Assembly (NCBI GenBank): GCA_030704615.1
Contig: CM060732.1
Span: 44,020,001 to 44,084,000, forward strand
DNA length: 64,000 nt
Source of the DNA: Takakia lepidozioides
Lineage: Eukaryota; Plantae; Bryophyta
Direction: 5' to 3'
Shown one piece after another: positions 22,901-37,600 of the stretch; position 1 is the stretch's first letter, and each line of letters opens with the position of its first letter. The position numbers were made by a program, and so were the translations under genes. Below the pieces are notes generated by a model, which searched no databases, was not told the origin of the DNA, and was given only the letters and a program-made list of their open reading frames with translations.

Positions 22901-25900
22901 CAAACATGGTGCGGAGTGAATGGCAGCTGTGCTGGGTTCACAGCAGTGGCTTGTCCCACATGGGCTGTCTCTGCACCTGCCTTGGTACAACACGTAGGAG
23001 GCTGGTCTGCGGTGATGGCAAATGCCTTCCGTGGGGGAGGCTGGTAGTAGAACTCTACACCATTGATGATGTGCTCTCTCTGTACAAACTCACCCCGGCG
23101 CTTGCAATCACATAGATCTTTGTACTTGGCCACTGCATGCTCGATAAGGGCCACTGCTGCCTGCACCACTGCCTTCTTGCCTTGTATTCGGAACAATCGG
23201 ATGGGCACTGAATCGGGTCTGCGTCAATGATTTTACCATCTGGATTTGTTACTTCGTTGTTAAGCAGGTCTCGACGCTTGACCCATGTGCATCATGTATG
23301 ATCGATACTTCTCGAGCAGAGCCAACAAGTCCTGGGAAAAATTTGTGAAAGGCTGCAGGAGACAGTGATGTGTACATGTACAGTATATAACATTGCGGGG
23401 ACTTTGCAATCAGCTGTCCAGATCACGTCGTACAGTGCCTAAAGTTCGAGATCAAAATCAGGCATGCATGCAGTTTACCGTGCAACTTGGCAAGAGTAGA
23501 GGTACCTGCAAGACTCGGTCCAGGACTGGACGATTGCACCCGTGACCTGCCCAATCAAGCGTGCGGAGATACCGCGAGCCCCAATCACAAACCCTGCTGC
23601 CAGCAAAGTGACTCGCATCAACGCTTGAGTGCCAGCAGCTTGATACTCGGTGCTCACCACGCGGTGGTCCTCGGAGGGCAACATGGGAGTGGCCCCATGC
23701 GAGTCGGGCACCACCCCGCTCCTGGGTCCTCGCGCAAGCCTCCGCCGACTCTCCACGGCAGCACGTATGCTCTGCTGTTGTGCTTGCTTGGCACGTTGGG
23801 CTTCCTTGCCACGGCAGCCTACCACATCCTTGCCCTTCTTATCCTCCATGCAAGTTCGGTCCACCAGCTGCTTGGGAGCTTTGCATAACTTACCATCGCT
23901 TTGCTGGTGCACCGTGATCACAGTTGCTTCCTGAGCTAGCCGGGCTGCATCTTCCTCACATCGTTGGCGCTCCAATCTCTGCAGGCGTTGCTGCTCCACC
24001 AATGCATCAATTTCCTGAAATCGTACGGGCCCAAGTTACAATTTTTGGTATGAGTTCACATGCATGCGAAGTCAGAAACCGCAACCTGCCATGAAGGATC
24101 TAGATGGCTCTCTTGAGGTCGAGGACATTGTCTGGTTAAACAAACATATGCACAGGAGAATCGCCCAAGGTTTAAGGGTGAAATGCATATATTTATGTTT
24201 GGAACTTCCCGAACTTAATACAGCTATAGTGATCGGATCAATATGTCCCAATGTGAGAGAGGACCCGCAGATCCTTCACGACCTACTATGCTTGAGCAAC
24301 AAATCTATGGCGGCGACCCACAAAAAGAGGTCTAAAGCTTAAAAGATAAATTTTTTGCTACTAGGTTGAAAGAGCTTCATGTCAGGGTAAAACTGGCAGG
24401 TCTGTAAAATGTAGTTGAGGATTTGACAACCTTCCAGCCTCTTGCACGATCGCCACCTCCTACCCATGATCAGGACTATCCATTCGATTGATCAATTAAG
24501 TGTGGACAGGACTGGAAAAACAGTTATGATAAAGACAACCAGTTGGTGGACTGGAATTCTTTGGTGTATACAACATGTGCAGTGCAGAAGTTATCCTTCT
24601 CTTTTTTTCTTCTAGATCTGGACAACTCGAGCTAAATTATGTCGGTTTGGTATGACATGTAGAAGCTTGCGACAAAAATGTCCTCATCACAACCCTGTCA
24701 TGGATTGGACAGGGTTGGAGGCTGGCGGCAGGATGTTCGCCTCGAGAGTGTGCAGAGGCAACCGGTACCTAAGAAATTATGAAAAGGTGTGGGGATGACC
24801 AGGCGCTGCAGGCGTTCTTGCTCTTCGGCACGCAGCTTGAGGGAGCGCGCGTGATCCTTGCGCCGCTGCGCTGCCTCTCTCTTCAGCTTCTTGAGTGATG
24901 CACTGTTCTCCATCTTCTGCGTGAGGGGCCCCACATCGCAGGCCTTCTCTCACCCTTCCTTCTCCATCCCACCTTTGCTTCCGCTGGGGAGTACGGAATG
25001 TGACGTGTAAACCCGTGCACTGTGCCAGTTCCCTAGACTTTCTTGGAGGAGAGACTTCTTGCAGCTAATCAGATCCTTCCTGCAATGGGGATAAATGCGA
25101 CCATGACTTTGAAGTGAGCTTAAATGTATACACCCTCATCAGGTCCGTCATTCCAATGTCAAAATTTGATGCCAAGCTGGAGATATGCTGTGCTGCCAAT
25201 GTTATCCATCCAAAGCCTCGCATGTATAAACTTTCTTCTTCTAGAAACCTCCACGGCACTTGAGCATAAATACAGACCAGGACTCAGAGCTCTATCGATG
25301 TGTGTCAGTAAGTTTGAATAGATATACACCTAGAGCTGTAGCTATTCCCGATCACATGTGCCCAATACCTTCAAGCCAAATGTTGGTCAGATATTTCTAC
25401 GTTGCTGGCCAGCATGCTATCCAGGGCTGGAGGGTGCCTAAGGACACGATGCCCTCAAGTGAGGCCTTGTGAATCCTGCACGGACATTTGATTTTCAGCT
25501 CCTAGGCTTTCAAGAAGCTTCACTTCCGTTTATCCTTCGGCAGCTTCTCGCACTAGATCACAGTCGCCGCTTGCAACCATGCAAACCTGTGATTCTGTCG
25601 TCCTCAATCTCGCAAGCAACACAACGGCTGCATTAGCTCAAAAATCGTGCAGATTCCGAAAAACTCTACTACAAAACGAGCAATGTGACCTGCTGTGTGA
25701 GGATCACGACTAAGTTTTGATTCCCAGAGCTCGCACAGCACTAGAGCTGCAACCCTGGCACCCTCCCTGGAGATGGTGCCAAGACCGTCGAGGGACGCAG
25801 GGCGCCCAACTGATCCGCATCTAACGGACCACATTTGCGGATCGGGAACAGGAAAGGCCCGGATCGAGTGTGTGTAACTGCCTCGCTGCTTCAACCGACT

Positions 25901-25950
25901 TGTGGCGGTTATGGACACGTGGCCCTTGCGATTTCCGCCACGTGTCCAAC
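19950..25950 (-). repeat. Left arm of a ~6-kb inverted duplication (pairs with ~38345-43885)
   Basis: Near-identical translated exons, plus recognisable introns and upstream sequence in opposite orientation. Confidence 0.9.
20335..24913 (-). CDS. KH-domain + C3HC4 RING protein (MEX3-like architecture), copy A
   Basis: KH motif AGFVIGARG...TGAIVQSW...LFRIQG; Q-rich linker; RING CIVCLEQ...|TCGHASFCLSC...CPLCR split by an intron. A 1-nt indel versus copy B near 21955 may frameshift it, depending on the acceptor used. Confidence 0.75.
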
Positions 25951-26329
25951 TTCACTCCTGTTTGCCCCTTCATGAAAGTACCTTCTTGAAGTTTCTGTAA
26001 GATGCTTCTTGTCTTGTCTCTGGATTGCAATGGCAGTAACTACGTTTAGTCCATGAGACGAGATCGTGGCGTCATTCGATGGGGGTCCAAGGCCAGACTG
26101 CATTGAGGTGGAGATCGGCTGCAAACAGGTGTAGTTCAATTCGCATCCACAAGCTGAGGAAATCTATTCTGAGCTGAAGGCACATTATCTCTGGGCTCAG
26201 ACGTAACACATGCTTTGTACTGTGTACTGATGTGGAGTAAAATGAATTCTGTGGCATGACGTTGCTCTTCTAGGGAGTCTCTGTCAGCACACGCTTTACC
26301 ATCAAAGAGAGAGCTTCAAGCGACAATCT

Positions 26330-29300
26330 CTACCCCCAAGTACTGGATGGAAGTTCCCAGGGATGGTGAAGAATCAGGCTACCAGTTGAAGAGTACCCTG
26401 GTGGATAAGTGGGAATCGCTTTTCCCAACGTTGGAATATTTGTATTGCTGATGGAATTTCGTTATTTGTTAAGAATGTAACTTACAGCTTACACCTGCCG
26501 TTCAACTGAAGACATTGGGGACATGTAACAAACAATTGAAAGTTTTGACGTTCTATTGCCCTTCAAACTTTTGGGGGCAGTCAGTCGCTCTACATATTCT
26601 GTGGGTGCCTTACAAGTTGGGCAGCCCATTGCCTGCCGGCCTGTGGCTGTTTCACAAGGTCTTGAACCCTTTTTCCTTCTTCTGAAAGAAATTGGACAGA
26701 GGCCCTTTTCTTGAACCGGGTCTTGAACTAGAGAGAAGACTCCGGCCCAAACCGGAGTAACTAAGAGCCACTTCGCCTCATGGCTACTGCCCCCTTTGGG
26801 GGGTGGGCCCTATTTTCTGGAACTAAAATGACCAGGACAACCAAGTCAGATATCAACCGCATGTGTATGCCTCTCCACCAAGTTTTCCACAACCATCACA
26901 AGAGGTTTGGATAACTTTGGAGTCACTTCTCAAGCTTCAGGCAAAGATAGAATGAATGTTCTTCATCTGATTTGGCAGAGAGGCCCGAACTTCAAACCTG
27001 GGGACAATTGAGGTGGTAGCAACACGTCTATGGCCGGACTGCCATATTGCCCTCCAATACCCGTCTGATGTGCTTGCAGGATTTGAGCCAACCAATGGTG
27101 CAACCCTCTTTGACCTCAATGCCTTGCCAATTACTGTGCTTGGTCGATCTGATCGCCTCAACTAACAAGATGCTGCAATCTGCATAGACGCTGAAATAAC
27201 TAAATGGGGGATAAAACATTCTCAAAGGACCTGGATCACTTGGCATCCTGCAGCACCTAGAATTCAGCATATTAAGTGGAACCTGTGCCTGTCCCAAAAA
27301 CAACCACAAAGCGTTGTGAGTTCGTTAGAAAGCTTAAACCAAGGACCGCTTTAGACTGTCATAGAAACAGACAGGTCATAATTGAGGCACTAGATTCTAA
27401 GGGCTCCTTTTGTGACAAATTGGGTAGAGCCCTGTACTTGAAACTATGTACGTGGAATTTAATGCAAGAACATTTGGGGAAACATTGGCTCGCAGGGGGC
27501 CCTCCCTGAAGTGACAACTATCAGTTACACTAGGTATGGCTTTCATGGTTTGTATTCTTCTACCAAGTTGAGTATTGAAGCTTTCTGGTGTAGACTGAGT
27601 TTGCAGATGAGCCTGGAAGTGTGATGGAGGTCAACCTTTTCCACAGCTTCTCCGCACATGATATTAAAGGTAGAAAGAGAATCTACTTTTCAGGTATTTG
27701 TATATGAAGTAAACCCAGTGGCTTTTTAGGCTGGCTTTTGGGACGTGGTTGGTGAATAGCCCAAGGTTGACAAGAGAGTCTGTGAGAATCATCTCGATTG
27801 GTGGCGGCGTCGGCTCTGCTTCTCATGACCAGCTCAACGAAGATGTCTCAGAGCCAATATCACTATCTAAACGCCGCTGAAGAATGTTCGCATGTGCAAG
27901 ATGGGCATATGTTGCTGGTGCAGCTGTTAAACACAATACACATATAATAGGCATATGATCAGGCATATTATTCATCCCTGCTACCAGATCATTATTCCAC
28001 CACCGAAACCTATATACAAACACACAGATTCCATAGCCGCATTGGACAAGCTACTTCATATCCGGATAGCCTAGACAAAGTGAAAGACTAGAAAGAGAGA
28101 ACTTTCCCTACCAACAGCAACAGCTGTACTGCAGCGCGAAAACCTTTAATCATGCACATCAACAAACCACCAACACATACCAAGTATTATAAATTTAGAT
28201 CAACTAAGCTCTGGCCAGACTATGTCAAAAAAGTTTCTTCAGTAGAAAACTTGGGAACAACAGAGATGACAGTCTGTTCATATGTGTAGCACTGGTGGTT
28301 TGTCAGCTATACTGGTGTGTGTTTACTGGTGGTTTGTCAGTTGCTGCAGATCATTGGGCAAGAACATGTTCTAATTGTACATACAGCACGCTTTGACAAT
28401 TGGGTCATCCAAACTGGATGGTGCCTTTCAACATCACCTGATGTCCTAAATACATAACGATATTGGACGGCCTTTCCTTCTAAGGGTAGCCTTCTTTCTC
28501 TCTACAAGTTTTCAGGGAGTAGAACTGTATCATCACAGAACATTGATAACATTAGAGGAGGCCCCAATGTAAGGAGCCTGAACTTTGGAGCTCCGACTTA
28601 CAAGTCCTGCCCAGAATCCAATGGCCTTGGAAACTATCAGCCGCTATTAGGGCGGGGGGGGGGGGGGGGCACTGGAAAAACTATCGAACCCCTGGCCTGA
28701 TAGAGTAGAGAAGCGGAAGGAGGAAGAGACGACATCGTTCACCATAATTAACCTTGTTTGAGGCTCTGAACAGAAAAATTTAACCCAAGCAACAAAGGGG
28801 CCTTGAAAGTCAGAGCGCAATCACCAGAAAATCTCAGTCAATTGAGTCGTTCACAACCTTTGCAAATCTAGAATTAGGAATGCCAGAGGTTGGCAGCAAC
28901 GAGAATGTTACTCATACAATTCTTAATGAACCCCGAGTGCTTACCACGGATAATTTTGGGGAGGATGAGGCGATGGAACCCTCCAACGCAACTGATAACA
29001 TAAGACTTCTCTTTGTGAGCTGCTCATATATGTCTCGGCCAACTTTCTGGATAGCTTCAGGCTGAGCATTTGCTGAATCTCTCAAAATAGTCGGATTGAG
29101 CTTGAAATACCCAAGGCCCCTGACCCGGGCACCAGATGATTGAAAATCGATAGAGATATCTGTATGATCGAATTAGTTCGGAAGATTAGGCCGCAATAAG
29201 TTTTTCCTTACCTGCGGTTCTAGAGGATGAATATAGAATCCGTCCAATCTGACGGGACCACGAAAAGCGAAGGCCGCCAAGCTCAGAGTCGGAGGCATCC

Positions 29301-32300
29301 TCAGCTTACGACCACCGGTTACATGTCCATAATCCTTGTGACCCAGAGTCAAAATGATCCTCTCTAAGCTAGATCTACCATATTAAACCGAGGACCACTT
29401 GTATGGCGGCCTTGTGCCGTAACCAGTGGGGTGGGCTATATGTTGGAAGATGGGAATAGAGCGGGAGTAGCACTGGGTCATGTTGGGGCAAAACATTTTA
29501 CAGCATTTTCTATGTTGCTGTATTTGTAGCTCTGGAATTAAACTGACCCCAGGTTTGGATCTGCAATGTATTAGACGATGGTACAGGATTGAAATAGAGG
29601 GCGTGCAAGAAGCATTACAAAGCTTCTGAGTCTCTTTCCAACCTTAGAGAAAATCTGTCGTGGCATGGTGATTTGTAAATAGAGCTCTTCAATTGTAGGA
29701 GTACTAGTGGACTGCTGCCCCGGTGTGGGCTTGGGTTTTGTTAAAGCGAGTTTAAGGGCGGGAATTGCAGGATTCTGCTCTGTTGGTCTTTGGCAGGGAG
29801 GATTTTAGAGGGAAGGGAAAAGTTTGAGATGGGCCTGGCGGATTTTGTGGGTTGTTAGTGAAGATTGGTAGAGAGAAGGTATCGTCTTCTGACGATTCAA
29901 GGCGCAGTCCAGCAATAGCCGGCAGGAAAGAGAAGGGGGAGCTGGAAGAGATGCAGCTGACTTTGGAATTTGGGTTTGTCTCTTTACTCTGATTTACCCT
30001 CCTCGAGTGATTTGGGCCACGTTCAAGTGAAGTTTTTGTGTTCTGGCGCTCCTATTCTGGCGCTGGTGCTGGTGTCTCTCAATCTGGCAAATTGTGGGTG
30101 CTTGTTTTGTGTGTAGAGGTGGGCTGGACCTGCTGTTTGGGTCTAAGAAGAAACACGAGGTTGATGTGAGCCCCACCAATGGCCACGCCAAGGTACTTCT
30201 CCTTCTTATCGGTATTCTTGTGATAGATACAACCCTCTTCCGGCGGGCCCTACTATCAGGCAGATCTCTTTTAAACTTCCCGAAGAACAGAGATTACTTG
30301 ACAAATTGGCCAACCTGGAATTTCGCATGGCAACCAGTGGTTCTCTCTGTACCTCACTTTTGTTGGAACTTGACCTTTGACCTGGTTTGAGAAGATTGCA
30401 CTAGGTGTGAGAGAAAGGTCGCATCAAATGTTGCTCACTGTGGTATGTAGCACTGGAATAAACTAACTGATAAACAACCACATTTTCACAGTTTTCGAAT
30501 TTTGTGTGGCAGTTGACAGTTGGAATGCTGCTGGTTTGGATTCGTGACAATCTGCTCAAGGAGAGGCCAGAAATGTTCATGAAGGACAAATCAGTGTGAG
30601 CAATAAGGATTTTCTTGCAGACTGATGTATTTTTACTACCGTTGCATGTGTTTTGTGCACATACAGACACACATCAGGAGATAGATAGTGATGGTCTCTC
30701 TTTTGTCAATCTGCTCTCTCATTTGAACATGATCAAGAAATGACTGACTTCTACTCAGCTCTTTGCTGACATTCCAGATGATAGGATTGCAAGGCCAACA
30801 CATCTGTGGCATTGACATCGCCCTTCTCTTCGTCAATGTGGATGTATGATGAATGCAGGAGGCCAGGTGTGCTAGTATTGATCAACGACTGTGACTGGGA
30901 ACTTTGTGGGTGTCTTGAGGCCATCTTGGAAGACAAGGACAGTGTGACATTCATTTCCACCCTGCATGGGGGTTAAATGAAAACTTCTCACTCTGGATCT
31001 TCAGAAACAAGACTGCAGAATCTTTGTACATCATGCAAGGGATGTTAAGTGGCCCCAGGAGAGCATAAGAGTGGGAGACTGTGGACTTACCAGGTGACAC
31101 TTGGTGTATGAGGAAATAGTGTGGCACACATCTGTCATCATGACACCAATAATTACTTAACCTGGAAGAACGTTCAGGGGGTATCCTCCCCCTACAGCAA
31201 AGAGGGCATGGACTTATGGGGTTTACAGTCTCAAGTTACATATGTTTGTTTAACCCGGTGCGCGTTACATGTTTGTTACTCACTTGTTGTTCCAGATGGT
31301 AAAATCATTGATGCAGACCCGATTCAGTGCCCATCCGATTGTTTCAGATACATGCATGTGCCAGCCTAGGAGCCATGGAAGAGGGCAAGGAGGTCCATGT
31401 TGACATCAGCAAAAGTGAAAATGTGCTAAGTCTCCTTGTTGGTCAACATGTATGCCAAATGCAGAAAGCCTAAGGATGCTTGTCGCATGTTCAACAAGAT
31501 GGCTCAACAAGATGTGATCGCATGGAATGCAATGGTTTCAGGATACGTTCAGCAGGGCTCTTCATTTCTGGGCAAACCTCTCAGCAAGTGTCGGTTTCTC
31601 TGCTTATCGTGAAGAACCCTCCACACACTCTTGTGAAGGCTGAACCTGTATCCCACTCACATATTTGATATTGGAGCCCTTGAATGGAGAAGATCTCAAC
31701 AAGGTCAGTTGCATCGTTCAGTTGACAGGACAAAGTATTGAATCAAGGCCCACTGATTGGAGAAGCCTCTGGAGGTGAGACATCAACTGGTAAGAGTCCA
31801 TTTATGCACCATATGCGAGCAGGAAGGGCACAATTGGTCCTACTTGGAAGAGCCAGAGAACGGGTGAAACTTATCACCAACCTGGTCACAAGATGAGGAG
31901 GTATGGAAGTAACGCTCAATGTGAGGCGGTGGGCTACCCTGATGTTGACACTGGGAACAATCAGGAGCTGGTATCTTGGGGACAAAATTTGTGCAATAGT
32001 GATGAGGTCTAGATGACGGCATTCATAGAAAGGAAGATCAACTCATCAAGGGGACAAACACCGACACCTGAATCCAATACCATGCCATCAGGCTTGTCGA
32101 AAGTTAATGAGGATATGAATGCTGATTTTAGGATGCCATGCCATGAGCTGCTCCAACCGCTTGTGAGCAAGGATTCAGTCTCGAAGGAGGCACATACACA
32201 TGTGAGGAGGTGGACAAGCATGATGAGGCAGTTTTGAAGGAGGAATTAGACCAATTTGATGGAACTTCAAGCTGGTCTTGGCCTTGGATTTCATGCAAAG

Positions 32301-33100
32301 ACGGCCACATTACAGCAGGCCACTATCAGTCCATAAGAAGAAGAGGTCATTGGCAGTTTTGTAGACTGCCTGTCTGACAGCTATATGGAGGAACAACAGC
32401 CTGTTGGAGGGCAGTTCTACCACATAAGTGAACAAGAAGAGATGGAGAAAGGTGGGGATGAGCTGTTGGAATTGAATCAACACTGGAGGACCAAGAAAGA
32501 ATCTGTCCATAGCCAAGAAGTCACGGAAGTGGGAGGTAATTGAACAATCAATCACAGCCGAGCTATTGGGACGTTGAAGTAATCCTGATCAGTCATAATC
32601 TCTATCATGCAGGCTGTCACAGCAGAGAATTACTCTCTAGAGGAGGACCAGGATTAGAATAAATGGTAGTAATCTGTCCGAACAGGATCTGATTCCAGCA
32701 TAAGAGCACAGAACGAGAGGAGGGGTGAATCCAGACTGTGAGAACGTGAGAGACATTAGGTTTTTCCTTCTTCCCCTTGATCCAGCATTTGTTTTTAATC
32801 ACCTTGTCATTACGGGAGCTCACAGGATTTGTGGGCTGAAGTGTCTGGGACCGAAGAAGTCATACTTGGGCAAGCAGTAGTTGTGAAGGCTGAACCTGTA
32901 TCCCATGAACATCTGGGGATTGTACCGCTGGGGACCCAACGAGTGATGCGTGGGAAAGCAGTTGAGCAGCCAAGTTTGCCTTCATGGCTGGTTGATTCTG
33001 GATAAACCTACAACCCTCTCCCATCTCTGCAAATCCAGCCTCTATGTGTCACTTTTGCACAGCATTATTCACTTATGACGGGCTAAATCCGTCTCCAAAT
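26330..33100 (-). mobile_element. Degenerate L1-like LINE remnants (ORF1-like region, endonuclease and RT pieces)
   Basis: Minus-strand remnants RLDGFYI (~29240), GYFKLNPTIL (~29100) and SVYAD (~27190); many stops; boundaries approximate. Confidence 0.55.
31353..31557 (+). pseudogene. PPR fragment
   Basis: ACASLGAMEEGKEVH...VNMYAKC...FNKMAQQDVIAWNAMVSGYVQQG. Confidence 0.8.
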
Positions 33101-33780
33101 TTGGTCTGGTGGGTACTGACCCCTGTCCGCAACTGCATGTTATCTTTTGGTGTTGGAATGAGGTTTTTTTAAGCATCTTCAACTAGGGTTGTGAACCTCC
33201 ACAGGAGTCTAAATTGACGAGAATTGGAAACACTGATGGGGACGAATTAGAAAGACTGAGGCATAGCTGGATTTTGCTCACCCTTAGTCAGGCTCTCCTT
33301 TCTTTCTTTCTCCCTCTCCATTTGGATCCTTACTGGGTTTCTCTTCTATTTCTTATTAGCAATTGGTTCTTCATAGTTTCATTGACTCTTCTCTTTAGTC
33401 CTTGGTTCTTCCTAGCTCCATTGACTCATTTGATATGGGGTGGTACTCCCATTTGTATGTGCTTTCTTTAATTTGATGAAAAGGCGCTGTCCCTTTCTTG
33501 CTAAAACCAAATTGGTCCAACAGCCAGAAACTTGGTGGTTACACCATATTTTTGAAGGAAAAGGAAAAGAAAACATCTGCATGTTTTAAAAAATATCAAA
33601 ATTTCTGTGACTGCCAATATTTTGCAAGCATATAATTAAGATATAATCTAATAGGTAGCTGCGAACACCGAATTTTGGCGGTTGCGGCCAATTGAAATTT
33701 TCAAACCACCTGATTTTGATAGGTACCTTCAAAATCTCTCCTTATTCTATCAAAATTTCCTTTTACAATTTCCAACTAAA

Positions 33781-34362
33781 AGTGACATCCTTGTTGTGAA
33801 GAAAGAGTGGACCACCATCAACCCAATGGGCCTCCATTCGGAGAGCCAAAAAGTAATTCATTCCCCTTGCCAACATTTTTGTGTACATGTCTATGTGCAT
33901 TCTCTATTGACTGTTTTTGTCCTTCTAGTTGCAGTGTGCAGACTCTCGTTTTTAATGCTTTGTGCTTTGTAAAGGTGGGCTTCTGGAACTTCAAATTCCA
34001 CCAGGATGGACAGCTACTCGTCGATCCCACTATCGACCCCGTAGACTACGACGTTCTTTACAACAATGTTCCCAACATCTATCTTCCTTGTGACATCAAG
34101 AACAAGCCTCTCCGTTATGGCAGGACTCAAAGGCAGGCTTTCATTCAAACTATAATGGAGACATGCAGCTGTGGAGGGCAGAGAGCTTAACCTCACCTGT
34201 GGAACATGTATGATTACTATCGCTCATCTCTTTGTATTTTGGATGTCTACATATGGTGCACCGCATGTTCTAATAACTAACTGCAATGCGTTTACATGTC
34301 ATGTGCATCACTATAGGCTGGCAATTTTGGGACATGCATGTATTTGCCTTCGAGGAGAATAA
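33781..34362 (+). pseudogene. Beta-class DNA amino-methyltransferase-like gene, copy 3 (degenerate fragment)
   Basis: TLVFNALCF...YDVLYN...AFIQTIMETCS...LTCGT|...HVFAFEEN; introns 33853-33941 and 34208-34316 at the same positions and phases as in copy 2. Confidence 0.7.
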
Positions 34363-34585
34363 TGGCCTCTGTAATAGCTAATTTTCTTACTTTTCAAATA
34401 TTGATGAAAGCACATAGCAATTGGGAAGGAAATTTCATCTGCAAGATATTAAGCCATACGGTAGGAACAACAGTGCTCGGACATTATTTGTTAGTAAAGT
34501 GGATGGCCTATGGTCTAAGAATGATCAATAATGTGATCATTGGTTGTTCCTTGGCGGGTTAGAGAGACACACTTTGCATTTTGTA

Positions 34586-34617
<32 letters not shown>

Positions 34618-37600
34618 GGCCTATGGTACAACAATAAAAAAAAACTAATGAACGTGTCAATCTAAACATTACATAGAAAGAGATTGTACTTATTGGCAAA
34701 CACTCCATATTAAGGACATAGTCGACCTATGTTAAGTTAATTTTACTACTAGTGTGAAACTAGCTAAAACATAGATAGTTTAATTTATATATTGACACTT
34801 GGAGTTTGACCCAAGTGTCAAACCAGGGATCAAGATATTTTTAGGCAACCTGGGTGTGGTTATCCTCACAACGGATGCGGCGAGGCTCAGCTTTCTCGAG
34901 TTGAGCCTCCCGCGTCTGGCTATGGTGTTGTGTATGGATTTGGGTGCACTTGACTCAACTCTTGTTATGATTAAAGATTTCTTTTATATAAAGGTTATAG
35001 ATTAATATGTGGTTTGAGTAAGTTACAATTCACTCAAGAAAGCTATAGCAAACGTGATTGCATAACGTATATTGGGGTAATATTGCCCGCAGGAGTCATG
35101 AACATGACATGACTTAGAAGGACCATGTACGTGATTATGCGCATCACTTTCCGAGTGTCGATGGTAGGATTGACCCAAAATTGGCAGTGGTACCTGCAGA
35201 TTTGAGATGCATGTTGTGTGGGTCTGCCAGAGGCGCGCAGCCACACCATGTTGTTGTGTGATCGATGCTCAACGGTTTGGCACATGGATGTTTGATGTCA
35301 TCTCCTGAGATGGTTCATGATGGGGATTGATTGTGTCCATTCTGCATATTTCAATTGTGATAAGGAGATTAAGAAGAAACATAAGAACAAGCTACTAGGC
35401 GACCAATACACACGATCTTTGCCTCAAGTTCATAGATTGCAAGATGACGACTAACAATGAGGCTACTATTGTACCCGACCTCCTACTCTATGGAGTTTGA
35501 GTATAATAGGAACAGTGGTAGATGACTTAGCAAGGTTGTGGCTATTATTACATCTTGTTATTATTTGGAATTAGAGATATCTGACCACGGAATGAGGTCA
35601 ATTGTGGCAGAATAGTTTGTTGTGTATCTATGTGTCGTGTGGTTTGGACATCGATGTAGTTGTGTAGCGCTATTTCATATGCAAACGAAACGTAAAATAA
35701 CTGTCTACTGGAGCAAATTGTAAGGTGTCAGTACGTGAGAAAACCCAAACTGGTTATAGCGTTCAAGTATAGCCACAACAAACATCTTATGAAATTGAGA
35801 GTGTTATTTGATGCACCCCCTGATATTGAAGTCGTAGGAGAGTATAAGGTCAATCCCATACTGTTGATGTGTCTTATAGCTGCAACCAATCTTACTTTGG
35901 TAGCACTTCAAGTCACAAAGTTGAATGAAAAAAATTGAGGCCCGCAAGCTAGATGGCGCGTGGGCTGGAGAGCATAACAAGAGGGCAGTAGTGGCGCCAG
36001 GCTGAGGTGAGAGTGGGCCCATTACATGTGAGGCTAAGTGGTAGCTTAGGGGGGCGAACGCAAACACACCAAAACTCGTGTAGATAGCGTGAGTGTGTAG
36101 ATAGCGCGAGTGGGGCGAAACTTGGTGAGGCTCACCATTTGGAAGCGCGTGAAAGTGCTGTTGGGGACGCGCGATCTCGGCGGCCGCGCTACTTTGATGA
36201 TAGCGCGCCAGATGGAGCGCTTGCTGGGCATGCTCTCAGGGGAAGAAAATACAATTAGGTCACATCTAGTTTCTACAAAACCTGACTTCTTCCTTACAAG
36301 TAGTTGTGGGTTCAAAGCCAATACATTGGATGTCACCCATCATAACCAACCTAGCTAAAAAAAAATGGTGGTCATGGGTAATCGGATCACTTAACCCTTA
36401 AACGCCTAGTGCCAATGCTTGACTTTAGGACCCCGGCCTCCAAAAGTTAACAAAACTCCATGGAAAAATAAAAGTTTAAAAAGTTCATCGAACGGGAACT
36501 ACTGACCTATGAGTTGCACATATTGGCAAAACTGCAAGGCAATTAGGTCTTTCCTGGCGAAATGCCACAGTTGAGAGTTTGGATCAAAATTTCAAAATTA
36601 TAATCTTTTTGTAAATTGGAAAAAGTTTTTGGCAGTTTTGCATATCATGATGAAATCAGTAGGTCTTGAGGTTCAAGCATTTCATCCTCTTGGGATGGTA
36701 CATGCAATGAACCAAGGCAGCTTGTTTATTTCAACCTCTGCACTTGGTCCACAATTCATTGGAGCATACAAAGCCACCTGCCACTTAGGCGCTATTCATG
36801 ATGCAACAGAGTCACAAGCAAACCAGAAGCGTGGGAGAGAGATCCCTGCAAGTTTAGAGACCTAAAACCTAACCCTAAACCTAGATCGGGTTCAATTGGA
36901 ACTGGATCTGGGCCCTACACATGGCATGGAAAATAAGAATTTAAATTGCTAAGCCCAGACCATTGGACGTTCAAGGGTTAATGTGTGGGCACTTCAAGAC
37001 TTGCAACTCTTGGGTAGTTCCTCGGTTATAGTTGGTGTCCACCTTACAAACAAAAAAGATAAAGCGACACCATAATTTCCCATAATGTGTTTAATCATGG
37101 TTAAATAAAATAGTCTTTTGGTCTTTATAGTTAAAGCTATTCTATGCTAACTGGAAGTGTGTTCTGAAAACTACACATGTTGTTGTAGCGCAAGCTTATG
37201 TGCACAACATATGCATACTTTGGCAAGAGTCTTCCTCTTTTCCCCTTATATGACTTTCAGTTGCTGAAATGTAGATAGCACACTACCATCACCCACGCAA
37301 CATATAGATGTCTTCTTGACATCTAATTTAATTCTATAATATTCATTGTGGAGCCATTAAGTGACTAACGTGGTTTTTCATACTTTTCCGTATTTAGGTT
37401 TATGTTTTTATTTTTTTGTCAGTGGTTGGATATAAATGTTAAAAATTGTGAAGTATTAGGAAGACAACACTATAAGTAGCTAAGGTGGAAAGTGCATTGA
37501 GACATGCCTCCTAGTTGATTTGGGACCTCAAATCCTCCTACCTAGTTTGTTGGTAGGGAAAGAGAAGAGAAAAGAAGACTGGCGTCTATGTGGTATTATC

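Noticed and set aside
36860-36884. Interstitial telomeric repeat
   Set aside because: Only about three degenerate CCTAAA-like units.
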